Shown: piece after piece, positions 40,880 to 54,028 of the stretch
Numbering within the stretch: the first letter of the stretch is position 1
Layout of the letters: the number at the start of each line of letters is the position of its first letter
NCBI RefSeq assembly: GCF_036321535.1
Contig: NC_087437.1
Location: forward strand, 77,502,001 to 77,566,000
DNA length: 64,000 nt
Reading direction: 5' to 3'
From: Camelus dromedarius
Taxonomy: Eukaryota
The notes under the pieces: model-generated
What the model was told of the DNA's origin: nothing
Databases searched by the model: none
Seen by the model: only the letters and a program-made list of their open reading frames with translations
Made by a program: the position numbers and the translations under genes

Positions 40880-41005
40880 ATGTTGATAGTCTATAGTGAA
40901 AAAGAATATGAAAAGGATATATAGATACATGTGTAACTGAGTCACTATGCTGTACACCAGAAATTAACACAACAATGTAAACTGACGGTACTTCATTTAA
41001 AAAAA
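40880..41005 (+). mobile_element. Younger L1 3'-end fragment, sense orientation
   Basis: gaaaaagaatatgaaaagga...ctgtacaccagaaattaacacaacaatgtaaactgac...aaaaaaa is the reverse complement of the other L1 3' UTR copies. Confidence 0.85.
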
Positions 41006-41479
41006 TGTATTACTAGCTGTTTAAAAGACCCATTAATGTGGTTAGACTCTGGGTGACAGTTATTTTTCTAATAAGCAGGTCAGGTAGCAGTTCTTAGGTT
41101 ACTTGTGCTGAGCACTACTTGACATAGAGGAGATTTAAACATGTGTTTCCAGCCAAATTATAATTCAACAAGAACCATGGATTCTATCTCCTGAATCTTT
41201 GTGTCTTCTTGCTATCCTTACCTTCAAGTTCTAACCCATTATTTTCTCTTAGTGAGACCAGTGAGCTCTAAAAAGCAGAAGTATCCATTCTAATTTTTTT
41301 GTTGTTGCCTGAAATGCTTCCATGAATTATTACTGATTCTGGGTTAAAGTCTAAAACCCTTTTAATGTGACAAGCTGTAGGAAATGTTTTTCTAGCTTCA
41401 CCTCTGTACTCAGTTCATCCTCAAAGAAACAAGCTACTCAACACTCTAGCCTGATTTCCCTGGTATGCTTTTTTCTTTC

Positions 41480-41812
41480 ACACCTCAGTGTCTGTTTCCC
41501 TACACTGCACCCATTGCTTGGAAAACCAGTTACCCACACCCTGCCCAGAGTTTTCCTTTGGAAGCGTTTCTTGATGACCCTACTGTAAGGTGCACGTGCC
41601 TGCTCTGTTCTCCCAGGTACCTGAGCTCAGATCTAGCACGCTAGATTGCAGTGAACTGCTGACCTGTTTGCATTTCCCAATAGACTGGGAAGCTTCCTCA
41701 GAGCCTGGCACATTTCTTAGAATGTGTAAGCACTAATAAGTGTTAACAGGCTTGATGAATAATTGGACGGATGGGTGGATGGTTGGCTGCGTGGTTGGAT
41801 GGATGGATGATA
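41480..41812. mobile_element. L2 3'-end fragment with (TGGA)n-like tail
   Basis: cccaatagactgggaagcttcctcagagc...gcactaataagtgtt...gatgaataattggacggatgggtggatgg. Confidence 0.6.
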
Positions 41813-42246
41813 TCTATCGTGTGCACAGAATTTTCAATAACTTTATGATCTACACATTGATTTTTTAAAATCATCATTTCCTACAATTCTCTCTGAAATG
41901 CTGCTCTTCCCTCTTCTTTCCTTTCCACGGTACCAGAATTTTGACACCCTTCCTCAGGTCTAGTTCAGAGCCCCCCTTTTCTGGGTGGTTCTCACTGATA
42001 TATCCCCTCCCACGTGTTCAACTTTAATTACCCCATATTTTGTGTTTCTGTTATATTTTAGATATATTATTGAATGTAGCTTTGTTATGTGGGTCTTTCC
42101 TGCTCAAATATGAAGTCCTGGTTGAATTTCTACCCCAAAATTAATTTAAAAAATGCTTTTATTAGATGTACGATATATCAAACTCTGTGTCCAATGCTTT
42201 CATATAGGCTAGCTCCATTTTCAGTACAAAGTTTAAACATTCTTTA

Positions 42247-42501
42247 TTTTTTTTCATTTTAATTTATTATTGAAGTATAATCAGTTAGTGTGTCAATCTC
42301 TGGTGTACAGCATAATGTCCCAGTCATACATATAAATACATATATATTCGTTTTCATATTCTTTTTTACTAAAGGTTATTACAAGATATTGAATGTAATT
42401 CCCTGTGCTAAACAGAAGAAATTTGTTTTTTATCTATTTTTATATATAGTAGTTAATGTTTACAAAGGGGGTGGGAAGGGATAAACTTGAAAGTTTGAGA
42501 T
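42247..42501 (-). mobile_element. Younger L1 3'-end insertion with 36-bp 5' inversion
   Basis: Antisense 3' UTR 42247-42465, then 42466-42501 in the opposite orientation. Imperfect TSD taaaca(ctg)ttcttta at 42234-42246 and 42501-42516. Confidence 0.85.
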
Positions 42502-43039
42502 AAACACTGTTCTTTAAATGGCTATTGCATGAGTCCTTTGGGTACTGTATACATAACAGATGCTCAGTAATTGTTAAGCTCACGGTGTGTTTTTCTATCA
42601 TTTCAGTCCTCTCTTCCTTTACTTACATCCTGTTCTTCAGTCAGGTGGAACTATTTGGGTCTTTACTGACACATCAGCAGTTACAGATTTCTATGTCTTT
42701 GCCCGCATTGTTCCTTCCACTTGAAGATTTTTATCTCTGGCGTAATTAGTTCTCACTAATTCCTCAAAGTTCATCTTGCTTATGATTCCATTCCTTATTA
42801 CTAGATCTTTTTACTAGATCTAGATTATTTGTTTAGTTATCTTCCCATTAGACTATAAGCCCCATGAAATCATACTTATTTAATCAATATTTGTGTTTCC
42901 CGAGGTGGCTCAGCTCAGCGTCTCATGTGCAGCTTTCAGGAACTGTTGCTCACTTAACTCAGACGAGCTGAGGAGCGGAGGGACGTGTGTGAGTGTGCGC
43001 ACGTGTGAGGGGAGGGGCAGCGCTTGCTGCTTGCTTGAT

Positions 43040-43295
43040 CGGGAGGCCGCATGCTTAGGTGTGGGCCCGCAGGCTGGTCGTCTGTGCTCAGCTTCCGACC
43101 GCAGCATTTACTGGCTTTGTGACTGCAGGCAAGCTACTTGGTTTTTCCACGCATCAGTTTCTTCAGCTATAAAATGTGGATGATAGTAACAGCAGTACCT
43201 ACTGTCCAGGGTAGTTGCAGAGGTTAAAAGAGCTAAAATGTAGCGACCTGTCAGGCAGATGGAACAGTGTCTGACACGTAGTAAATAATGTGTTG
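43040..43295 (+). mobile_element. MIR SINE
   Basis: atttactggctttgtgactgcaggcaagctactt...cagtttcttcagctataaaatgtggatgatagtaacag...aacagtgtctgacacgtagtaa. Confidence 0.8.
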
Positions 43296-44809
43296 TAGGA
43301 TAATTAACCAATTTAAAACTTTAATCTTGCTCAGAACCCCAGGAATATATTTATTAATTATTCTACAAATAGCATCATTGCTATTTACTTTATATGATGG
43401 AGAGTCCATGGTCACTAGAAATCTAAAAGCAAAATCCAAAAAAATTAATACAATTTGTCTAAAATTGTGTATATCCCTATGTAAACGTTTGGTAAAATAT
43501 GAGAAACCATACTGCTGACCATGGAGAAAAACAGTCTATTTAAAACGCAATTCATTACATCTACCTTTGATTTCCTGGGGAAGTGGTAAGGCCCTTCTTT
43601 GGTTTCCTGTATTTTCTTTTCACTTTTAATAAGAAACAAAGGACAATGGTTTCTTTACCTTTTCAATGAGTGAGATACATTTTTAAAGCATATTAACTAG
43701 ATCAATTTTCCTCTAATCCAAGAAAAGGCAACATAGTCATTTAATTAAAGGGGGGTGCATGATAGAAATTAGGACTTTAACAAGGAAAATATGCAGCAGG
43801 AACTTCAGAGAGAAAGAACTGAACTAAAACTCAAAAATTGCTATTTAATGTTTCTATTTTTTAGTCAACTACTATCACTGCCTATTTTTAAAAAAGCAAA
43901 CTCTGTTTATATCAATGAGGAAAGTAAAATTACAGGAGTGTTTTGTTCAACTCATTGTAACAAAATCCTAGATAGAAAAAGCAAGTAAGATGTGAAATTT
44001 TAATGTTCTACGTTTAAGCAGTATGTATTCAATTTGGGGAAGACAGTGTATACAAAGATGATAAATATTTAAAATCAGTTCCCATTACAGAAATGCTTAT
44101 GGAATGTCACAGATAGTAAGTTAATTATTTACTGGAGTGGTCGGAGGAGTGCTGATGCTCCATGCAGGAGCTGGCATTTTGTGTGGGTGGCACACGTGTT
44201 AACAGGGAGAACACGGTCCATGCAGGGGAGAATGCTGTCGGTGGGACAGAATTCTCAGAGTGCCTGCTGTCTTTCCAAAGAAAGATGCAGAGTAACTTCA
44301 AGGTTCCGTAAATGGCAATTTTTTTTTTGTTGTTGTTTACTTTTTCCTTCTTTTCTTCACTGTGAAGCCCTCAATAAGTGACATTTATCTCAGTGAAATC
44401 ACCATGAATTAGGTTCTGGATCTCAACCTTGAAACCTGATTTCATTAGAACTCACGAGTATGTTTCGAGAATGAACACATTTTTACTGATCTCACAACCT
44501 GATCTGAAGTCCAGAATAGTGGTTTTATTACCTTACTATGAGTAATGCTGCTGTCAAGCAGGTGAGGATGCTCACGTCAGTGTAGATAAATTGTACGTAG
44601 AGCCATAGCATATGCAGTACATTCCTTGGTAAACATGGAATCCAAGTACAGGGTGGTGGTTTATGATCCACTGTAGGAGTTACCCTGCCTCAAGGACCAA
44701 AGTACTGAAAATTGCTATTTTCTCTCTTGGACTGTGCTCTGAAAGCTCTGTCTGCATCTGGCCCTTTGGACTTTTTCCATATGCAGAGTTGCACTTTTAA
44801 AACTTTGTT

Positions 44810-46200
44810 CTTTGGAACCCTGAGAACAATGGGAACCCATAGATAGGATTTAAGTAGGAAAGTGGTCAACTTTGGATTTCAGGTGGACCACTCTTGCTGC
44901 AAGTGTGGATGATGAATTGGAGCAGTGGTTTCCAAGCCCAGTCGATCATATTCCTTATTACTCTTTTATTGCTAACTACTTTTTGAGCATATAGTATCTG
45001 TTTGTATCATCTACATATATACATATGTATAAAAATACATATTACTCTACAAATGATATATATTCTTATATATTATATAAAATATATTTGTTTAAATATA
45101 CAAAAATGCAGGTAGTATTTCAGTACTTTTTTTCTCACCCTAAATAGGATTATCTTGTGTACCCCCTGGGGTCTCTGACTGCCCTCTGCCTTCTCCAGCT
45201 CCCCTGTTCCACTTCACACTTCAGGAACTGATAAATTAGGAGAGAGATGGGTAGGAGACTGTTGTAGAAAACTAGGTGAAATAAACAAATAGATAGATAG
45301 ATTCATGAATTTGAGAATGATATGGAGATAAAATTAGCCGCACTTGATTATTAAGATATATGAGGTATGAGAAATGAGTCTGAGTCAAATGTGATGCCTC
45401 AAGCTCTGACTTGAACAATTAGGTACCATTTACTAGCACTAGGAAAAATAGGAAGAAGAGGAATTTTGGCGACCAGATAAATTCAGTTTGACCTAGGTTC
45501 AGTTTGGTGCATCTAGATAAATTCACTTGGTGATGTCTATGAGTAGGCTGTATATACAACCTTGAGAGAAGGAATGTAGAATTAGAGACAGATTTAAGGA
45601 TTGACAGTACATTTATGATTTTGCAGTTTGACAGCCTGTGGAGTGTTTTTTTGGCCTCAGGCAGTATTTACATTAAAAAATTGGATGTTAACTTTAAAAA
45701 AGTACTGATTTTACACAAAAATATTGTATTGAATTTCACTGAGAAACTGGGAGTGATGGCAACACTGGATCTGATTTCTGACAGGGCAGCACTTGGCTGG
45801 ATATGGGTGCTAGCTGCCCAGTTTAGATGTGCCCTCCTCCAATTCATTGCAGTCCTTACTTGGACTCATGCAATGTCTGCCTGGTCTCCAGATATGAGTT
45901 TATAATCTCTGAGAGCTATGTGAAGCCACAGGACTATTGACCATGGAGAATGTGCAGGGAGAATGAAAAGGACAGATCCTTGAAGAATTTTGATGAATGA
46001 AGTATGCACAGAGGAAATTTAAGGAAATGGAGGCATTGCTGAAAAGTAGACGTAAAACCTGAGGAGTGTGGTATTATAGATGCTAGAGGAAGGTAGGATT
46101 TAAAGAAAGAGGGAGATGAACCAGATCTTTCAGACCAGTACTGAAAGATCAGCTAGATAAAGACTTAAAAGTTTTCGTCAGATGTGGTAACAAGATGACA
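44810..46200. mobile_element. Degenerate L2, interrupted by a probable hAT-Charlie element (about 44923-45230)
   Basis: L2-like text (ggattttaagtaggaaag...accactcttgctgc; aattcagtttgacctagg; gagtgtggtattatagatgc). The insert begins cagtggtttccaa and has an AT-rich core. Confidence 0.5.
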
Positions 46201-46979
46201 TTTATAACTTAATTTATTTGCTCTTTTAACATTCTGTGAGTCTCCTTTATAACCAGAGTCTGAGTAGGCCCCCTGTGTTGCACTGAATAGCCCTGTTGGG
46301 TTTTTTGTGTGCACAGAGTAAGCGCGCGGGGTTTTGCTCTGCACTGAGTAGGTAGATTAGTGTGTCTGGCCTTGTACCGAGACTGCTGGTGAATTACGAC
46401 GAGCCGTCCGAGGAGGGAGAGTCTGAAAGTACTTTTTCTTATTTTGAAGTTGCTAAGCTCCCTAATGATAAAATAAAATCCTAACCTTGTCCTCTACTGT
46501 TTAACCTGTTTGTATCTCGATTTTGGCTACTTATTTTACTTCCCTATCTTGAGAATTAATTTTTTTTTTGTCTGCTCTGCCAAATTAGGAAAGTACATTC
46601 ACACCCTTTGCCGAGACCATTAATGCTTTTTGAATAATTCTGAATATTCAGCCAGTTACTAGAACACAGAAATTGTGTTTCTAAACTATCATTTAAAAAG
46701 CTCTGTGCAAGGTCCTATTTTTTTTTTTTTAAAAAAAAGCGGAGTTCACATTTTTCCATTTCTTAGTTCCAGCCAGCTGGTCAGTTTGATTTAATTCACT
46801 AACACAGTTTTTAAGCCAGTTATATTCCCATTCTTAGAAGTTCTTAATGTTGTATTCAGTGGAAGCCTTTTTTTTTTTTTTTTTTACAAAGTATTTAATG
46901 TGCCCCCGGATTCAAAAAGGTCCTGATTCTTAATCCCTCTGCATGTTTGTTCTCTTCTCCGTGAGATGTTTCTATGTTT

Positions 46980-47395
46980 GCAGGTAAAGAGACAGTTTCT
47001 CCTTCTGGAGCAAAAAGCATGTTTGCTCACAACCTTGTAACATAAGGATAATATTCCTCTGTGGATCAAAGGACAGGTATACTCACTAACTAACCACTGT
47101 AAAATATTTGGGCTCCCTAAGCTCTAGGTTTCTCTCCAGTTAACAGAAGTCACTGTGTGTACAGATGTCACCTGGCTCTCTTTGCATCATCCTTTGGGAA
47201 TTAAGGCTCAGGGAGCAAGTTCAAGAAAATGCTGATACTCTGACCACTGCTTCCTGTGAGTAACAAAGTCCTTTGGCTTTGCCGCTCTGACCCACAAATC
47301 CTGTATCTTCTGCCAGCATCCTTGCAACTGTGAGAGGACAACTTGTTAGCTCGCAAATAGGGTAGAATCTCAGACTCTTTACAGTTCTTCAGAAC
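46980..47395 (+). mobile_element. ERV LTR fragment (family not assigned)
   Basis: ctggagcaaaaagca...gggctccctaagctc...aaatgctgatactctg...cttctgccagcatcc...aacttgttagctcgcaaatagggtagaatctcagactctttacagttctt resembles an old eutherian LTR 3' end. Confidence 0.7.
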
Positions 47396-48854
47396 TGTGT
47401 TCTGCTGGTGGAGAAATTGTGACTTAGCAAACTAAATAAAACTTAAAAATATTATTTAGGATCTCCTTTTTATTAATAGATTTCTAATGCTTCATTTTCC
47501 TGTTTTCCTCATTCTGAATGTTGATTATCAGTAGGAAACAATAATAATTGTTTTTCTCTGTAGTGTTATTTCTGCTTTGTTAATCAGCAGTCATCAGTTT
47601 CTCTTAGTAAAAGAAATTTTGGGGGATCTGCTTATGCACAGTAGTATGTATATAGTTTCTTCTGTGAGGATTTAGAAGTGGAAAAATTTTTAATGGAATT
47701 TTGACATATTTTTGTGGATTATATTTGCAGCTTTTCTTCCCATTCTTTTCCACCAATATACTTTATTTTCAGAGCTGGAAAATAAATGGAATTACAGAGT
47801 AATAATTTAATTACTAAGTATAAAGTAACTTCATGGTTACATTAAATTTGCTGTTTATTATGTTCAAAAGTTAGATTGGGAGACCAGGAGTTAGAAATTA
47901 TCAAGTGTATCACATGAATGAGTTTATTGAGAAGATCAAGAATAATATTAAAGAATCCATTTCCTTGTTTCTACAATCTTACAAAAAATGTTTGATTCTA
48001 AATTTAAGCTTCAGAATGTGAAAATAAGAGTGATACTTGTCCCTTATACAGAGAAGTAATTCTTGTCCACTGTAGACAAGACATGAGGAATTTTTTTGAC
48101 AAAAGAAAAATCTATCACAAATATGCAGTCTCTTGTGTCTTTCTGTATAAGAATCAGGAATTTTTATTTATGAGGAAGAATGGTTAAATCTAATTATGAA
48201 TATCCTCGGTAACCATAGTTACTGTCCTCTCTGTGATGAGTTGGAACGCGACTATTTGACCAGAATGGTTTTGGTATGTTCTTTCTGTGGGTTACTGGAA
48301 AACAGTTGTTTTTCTTTTAGTGATAGAAGGGCAAGAGCTGTAGTAGCTTCTTCAGAATCTATTTTCATATCCACTAACAAATAGTCATTACAGGCAATGC
48401 ATGGACTTAAGGAATAACAATATACAAAATATCAACAGACTTGGGAATCACTGTGCTAATATCTGGCATCCATAATAAAAATCAAAGCATCAAATATCTT
48501 ATGGATGTTTTGTTATCTTCTGACTAAAAGCAATTTAAAAGTACTGCCACCTAACATATCTTTGTTGATCAAGGTGAATTTTCTGAGCAAAGTTCAAATG
48601 AAATTAAAGATAGGAATGGGTTAATATAGCTAGAACAGATTTTCATTTTGTTTAAAGTCCAGGTGACATTTTATATCCTTGAGCTAGAACGGATTTTAAA
48701 CAACTGTCCTTATTATCACCACCACTAGCACCACAGTAATAAAACCAAAAACCAACAAGAAAACATGTTCATTTCCTTGTTTATACCATGGCAGGTGTTT
48801 TATCTGTTCCCACATTACTTACTCTTTTTAATCTCAGAATTTTAATGTAAAACT

Positions 48855-50720
48855 AAAAGTTTAATATATAAAGTTTAATTTGCATACAGAGAAGTATACA
48901 AATCATAAATATAAGATGAGGAATTTTCTTTTAACACACCAATGTAAATGCCACCCAAATAAGGAAATAGTGTATTATCTGCAGTTCAGAATCCCCCTTC
49001 CCCTCAACCCCTCAGCAAGTCCCATGCAGTCACTGCCTGCTCAAAGTATCCTAACTTCTAGCATCATGAAATTATACATAGTTGAAGCCTTTAAAAAAAA
49101 TCAGGGTTTTTCGCTCTTCGTTACGTTTATGAAATTCATCCGTGTTCTTGCACATAGCAGTACTTTGCTCTTTCTCCCTGCTCCAGGGCATGGCTGTACC
49201 ACAGTTTACCTGTTCATTCTATTGGTGATGGGCATAGGGTTCTTCCTACTTTGGATTATTACCAGTAGTGCCGCTGTGACATTTTTAATACATTTTAAAA
49301 CATATATATACATTTCTATTGGATGTGTATCTAGGAATGGAATTGCTGGCTCCTAGTTTATGTATAGTTTTAGCCTTAGTAGCTTTTAGTTGACCACCAA
49401 AGATTTTTCCAAAATGGTTTGCCAGTTTACTCACCTATGAGGAGTGCATAAAGGTTCCTATTGTTCTGTATCCTTTCCAACATTTTATGACATCATTTGT
49501 CTTTCCTTTTTTTTTTTTTTTTTAAATAAGCCACTCGGGCAGGGTAGAGTAGAATCTAATTTTGCTCTTAATTTACATTTCCCTGATGACAAATGAAGTT
49601 GAATACATCTTTGTGTATTTATTGAATATTTTGATTTTTGTGTGTGTGAATGTGAAAACTATTCGCCCCATTTATGAGTAGTAATTATTAACATTTAGAA
49701 GGGTTTCTATATTATAGATGTGAATCTTTTGTTGATTATATGTATGTAAATGGTTTCTCCCAATATGTGGCTTTCTTTTTCACGTTGTTAATAACATCAT
49801 TTCATGAACACAAGTTTTTAATTTATTTTTTCCTTTATCCTTTTATCACTGGGTCTTGTTTAAATTTTTTGTCTGCTCCAGAGTAATGCATCTATTCTCT
49901 TATATTTCTTCCAGAAAACTTTATTGCTTTATCTTTTGTATTTAGATCTAATATTCATCTAAAATAGGTTTTTATATGTTATTAGTTAAGGATCCTGATT
50001 CATTTTCTTCCATATATCTTCATTCACTCAGCAGCATTTATTGGAAATATCATCCATTCCCCACTTATGTTTATATATAGTTGATGTTACACGTGTAGTG
50101 TCTAGATATGATTGCATTTGTTTGCAAAATATGTTTTGTTCCATTGTCTATTTGTCTATCCTTATGCCAACACAATGCTCTCTTAATTAATGTAAAGAGT
50201 AAAAGCTTGTCAGTGTTGTTCTTATTGAAGACTGGCTTAACTATCCTTGGCTCTTCGTATTTCCCTAAAAGTTTAGAATCAGCCTATCAATTCCTACTAC
50301 AAAAATATCTCCTAGAATTTTTTATTGGGATGGTAATAAATCTAATAATCAATTTGGGGAGAATTGACATCTTTACAATATTACGTCTGCAAAGCCATTA
50401 AAGTGTTACATCCCTTTTATGTCTTTTCCATCTCTGTTTATATATGTGTATGTGTTTGTGCTATGGCTTTTCTCCTGTTTTGTTAGGTTTATTCCTATTT
50501 AGTTTTTATTTTCAGGTGCTGTTATAAATTTTTAAGTTTTTTCTAATTATGTATTATAGCTTATATAGAGAAATACAACTGATTTTTGTATAGTGGTCTT
50601 ATATTCAGCAACCATGTTGCATTCTCTTCTTTCTTCTCATAGTTTAATCTGTAAGTTGTTTTGTATTTCCAAGCTATAAAACAATTTTATAAGCAAATAC
50701 AGTTCTAATTTTGTTTTAAT
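48855..50720 (-). mobile_element. Old, highly diverged L1M (3' UTR plus ORF2 remnant)
   Basis: ctaggaatggaattgctgg, tttacatttccctgatgacaaatgaagttga, gttccattgtctatttgtctatcc, aatttggggagaattgacatctttacaatatt; colinear with the L1 at 21008-22832. Confidence 0.85.
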
Positions 50721-51938
50721 TATCTGTGATTACAAAATATATTTTAAAACAGTTTTAGTATATCTTTTATTCCTTTCAGCCATTAGAACATATTAGTAGT
50801 ATTTTAAAAGTTGCTTGTAATTCTACCACAATCCAGGTATCAACAATTAAAATTTGTGTTGATCTCTCCATATATTCCAGTTTTTAGAACTGATCATAAA
50901 AGACATACAATTTTAAAATGCTGTTCTCATTTAAAACCATGGATACTTTTCCATGGCAAGAAATATTTATATAATTGTTAATTGCTATAAAATATTCTAA
51001 TTTATGGATGTAATATGTCCTATCACTATTGAAAATATTTGTTTTACTTTTTTGCTATGATGAACAACACTGTTGAAGAGACATGGATGAGTCTTTGCAT
51101 GGCTGTATATATATATATTTAAATATAATTTACTTGATTGAAATCCATAGAAGTAGGTTTCCTGGGTTAATGTGAAAGGCGTTTGAAACTTTCTGCCAAA
51201 TTGTCTTGTAGAAATGCTCTGTAAATTCTCTTTCACACCAGAAGTATACAGAAGTTCCTGTTTCCAAACACACTATCCTTTGTTGAGATTCACACTTTAT
51301 TATATGGATTCTCTTTCTATGTGAGTTAAAAATAAAACCCTATAGAGCCTTTTATGAACTTGTAGTTCCTTGGAAATGTTTTGCCCTTTTTTTTAAATCA
51401 ATTTCCGTACATTTTTGTCTTGTGTTCCTTATACTTTTGTGTTAAAACTGCAGGATTTTCAAATTTATCAAGTTATTATCTCCTAATATTATATAAATAG
51501 ACTGTCATTTTTCTTTTTAAGTCATGAAACCATTTCTGTTGTAGAAAGCTGGTAGCACGGTCAAATTTCTGGGTTCCTCCTCTATGAAACACTCCCTTGC
51601 CTTCCCTAGACACAGTTTAATTACACAGATTTTATTTGCATACTCCTTTGTCTTGGGCAAAGATGATTAAGATCCAGTCCCTGTTCGCAAGACTCTCCAT
51701 TCTTTGGGGTTCCCATAGCACATGAATCTTTTTCTATGATAACCTTAGCACATGGCACAGCACAAGTTATTTACAGGTCTTTCCACCTGTAGATTGTAGC
51801 TTTATTTATATTTTTGTTTTGAACCTGTCAAAATGCTTGGCACATATAAGATCTTTCTTGGACAGGTCACTTCTTTAAACCTCAGTTTCCCCATCTGTAT
51901 CATGAGGATAAATATGTCACTGTGAAAAACTCAGTTCT

Positions 51939-52070
51939 TTTTTTAAAATATATTTTTATTGAAGTATTGTCAGTTTACAATGTTGTGTCAATTTCTGGTG
52001 TACAGCACGATAGTTCAGTCATATAGGAACATACATACATTTGTTTTCATATTTTTTTTAACCGTAAGTT
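51939..52070 (-). mobile_element. Younger L1 3'-end fragment inside a MIR
   Basis: tttttattgaagtattgtcagtttacaatgttgtgtcaatttctggtgtacagcac. MIR core cctcagtttccccatctgt upstream and gtagtaagtcatcagtaac downstream. Confidence 0.85.
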
Positions 52071-53844
52071 AATTTGGTGATTAGCAGGTAGTAAGTCATC
52101 AGTAACTGGCAGCTCTCATTTTTATTCCTATTGGAAGTCTAAAGATCCCGAAATCATGTTGTTATTATAGGTGCCCGGCTACCCATTGGACTTTTATTCA
52201 GTTCTTTGTAGATTAATGGTTACTTGTGCTTTTCATTGGATTTTGAAGTTAATTCAATTTGCAATTCAAGGGATTTATAATTGAAAGTGGCAAAAGGACA
52301 GATTAAAACACTTCTGTGTTGGTGCGGGTTTGCAGCTTAGTTGGCTCTTTTATATTCTATTCCTTTTCTTTCTCGGCCTCTCTCCTTTTCCCAGGTCTCT
52401 TCCAGTACGTTGAAGTTTCCATGCATTTGTAAAACAATTTACCATTAATGTTTTCTCTCACTAGCTTCATCTCAAGGAGAAGAGGGAGTAGAAACCACCA
52501 CGCTGTGTTGCTGCAGTTTAATTAAAGGTGTGAACAGTCATCCTCTGCCTCTCCCCTCCCCCTACAAACCTCAGGAAAGAATGTGGTAGCAACTTGAAAT
52601 CCTCTTTGAAAAGTTGAGATCCTTAGTGCAGCAGTTTCACAACTTTATGTTTTTAGAAATCGTTGTAGTTTATTTCTGTTCTTCACTCATGAAACCCCCA
52701 CTCCTCCCCACTGTTCCCCCCACCTTCTTCCCATGGTAGGTATTTGGCTCAGCTGATCAAAAAGGAATCGTATCTGTTGTACGAACAGTTATATGTAGTA
52801 AGTGAACCAGATAACGCTGTCTTTAATCCCTGTTAGTACTCTTGACTAAGGTTCAACAGGTAAATGCCTGTTGGGACCTTAAGTTTATCACAAAGAGAAC
52901 CGGGGCAAGTCTCATTTGCACATGTACTGTGGAAATGCAACTTGCCTCTTTGTAAATTGTTGTTCCAATAGTAAGTTAGACTACAACTTTGGAAGCTTGT
53001 ACATTTTTTATAATTTGCTCTGGGAAATCTTTGGATATTCAAAAGACTTATGATCTGCATGCACCTTAAATATTGGGATGAGGATAATTTTTTTTATGGT
53101 AACAGATACTGAAAGGTGTCTGTCTGGCCAATCTATTTGCTTTCTATACTGTATACACAAGACAGAATTCTCTGAACATTTCCATACAAAAGAAAACTTA
53201 TACCATGCTTAAATCAGCAATTTTTTTTTATTTTGAATATGATGGTTCATGTCCCTTTTGTGTATTGAATTGGAAACTTTAATTCAGAAAAGAAAACTGT
53301 GCATCTTAGGCACCACTTCTACAGGGACTGTAACGAAGCTGGACATAATTGTGTATTTACACTTCACCATAAATCAATAGCCTTCTAATATTATCAAAAG
53401 TTTTCATTGGTATTTTAGAACAGCAGTTATCTTGTTAACCTTAATCAGAGCCTGACGTGTGTTTCTTCTAAATGGCTTCTGATGTGGTGTCTCTCTTCAG
53501 TTCTCTGTGGTTTCCTGTTTTTTTCATACATAGAGAAAAGCCCTTTGATGTATTCAGTCTCATAAATTTTTTTTCTTTTAATGGTCTATCAAACATAAAC
53601 TTTCTTTACAGCATAGTATTGCAAGCCTGTCTTACCATTCATTTGCTCTTCTTGCCACAGACCCTCCTTCTCTGGAAATTCCTCCAGCACTTCCTTAAAT
53701 ACCCCTTCTGTATTCTTCAGCATGGCAGATCTTACTTCTGCCCTGAAAGTGGCATTCTTCCAGGACAGAGGTGGTACCTCATATTTCCATAATTTTCTTT
53801 CTCCCCAGGGCCTTGTCTTAGCAGTTGATGGATACTGCAGACGA

Positions 53845-54028
53845 GGGGCTCTCAGGTGTGGTCCCCAGCCCGTTAGCAGAAGCAGCACTTGGGAGCTTGT
53901 TAGGACTGACGGTTCCAAGGCCCCACCCCTGTCGTACTGAGTGGAGTACCTTGGGTTGAGAATCTGTAGTTTCTGTGCTGATAAGCCCTTCAGTGATTCT
54001 GAGGCATGCTCAGGTTTCACAGCCACTG
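53845..54028. mobile_element. MER5A MITE
   Basis: ctctcaggtgtggtcccc...cagcacttgggagcttgttag...ggccccacccc...aagcccttcagtgattctgaggcatgctcaggtttcacagccactg. Confidence 0.85.

Noticed and set aside
48880..49356. 158-aa ORF
   Set aside because: Lies in the antisense 3' UTR of an old L1M; chance open frame.
53472..54026. Overlapping ORFs of 106, 145 and 72 aa
   Set aside because: They partly overlap a MER5A element and show no protein-like features.
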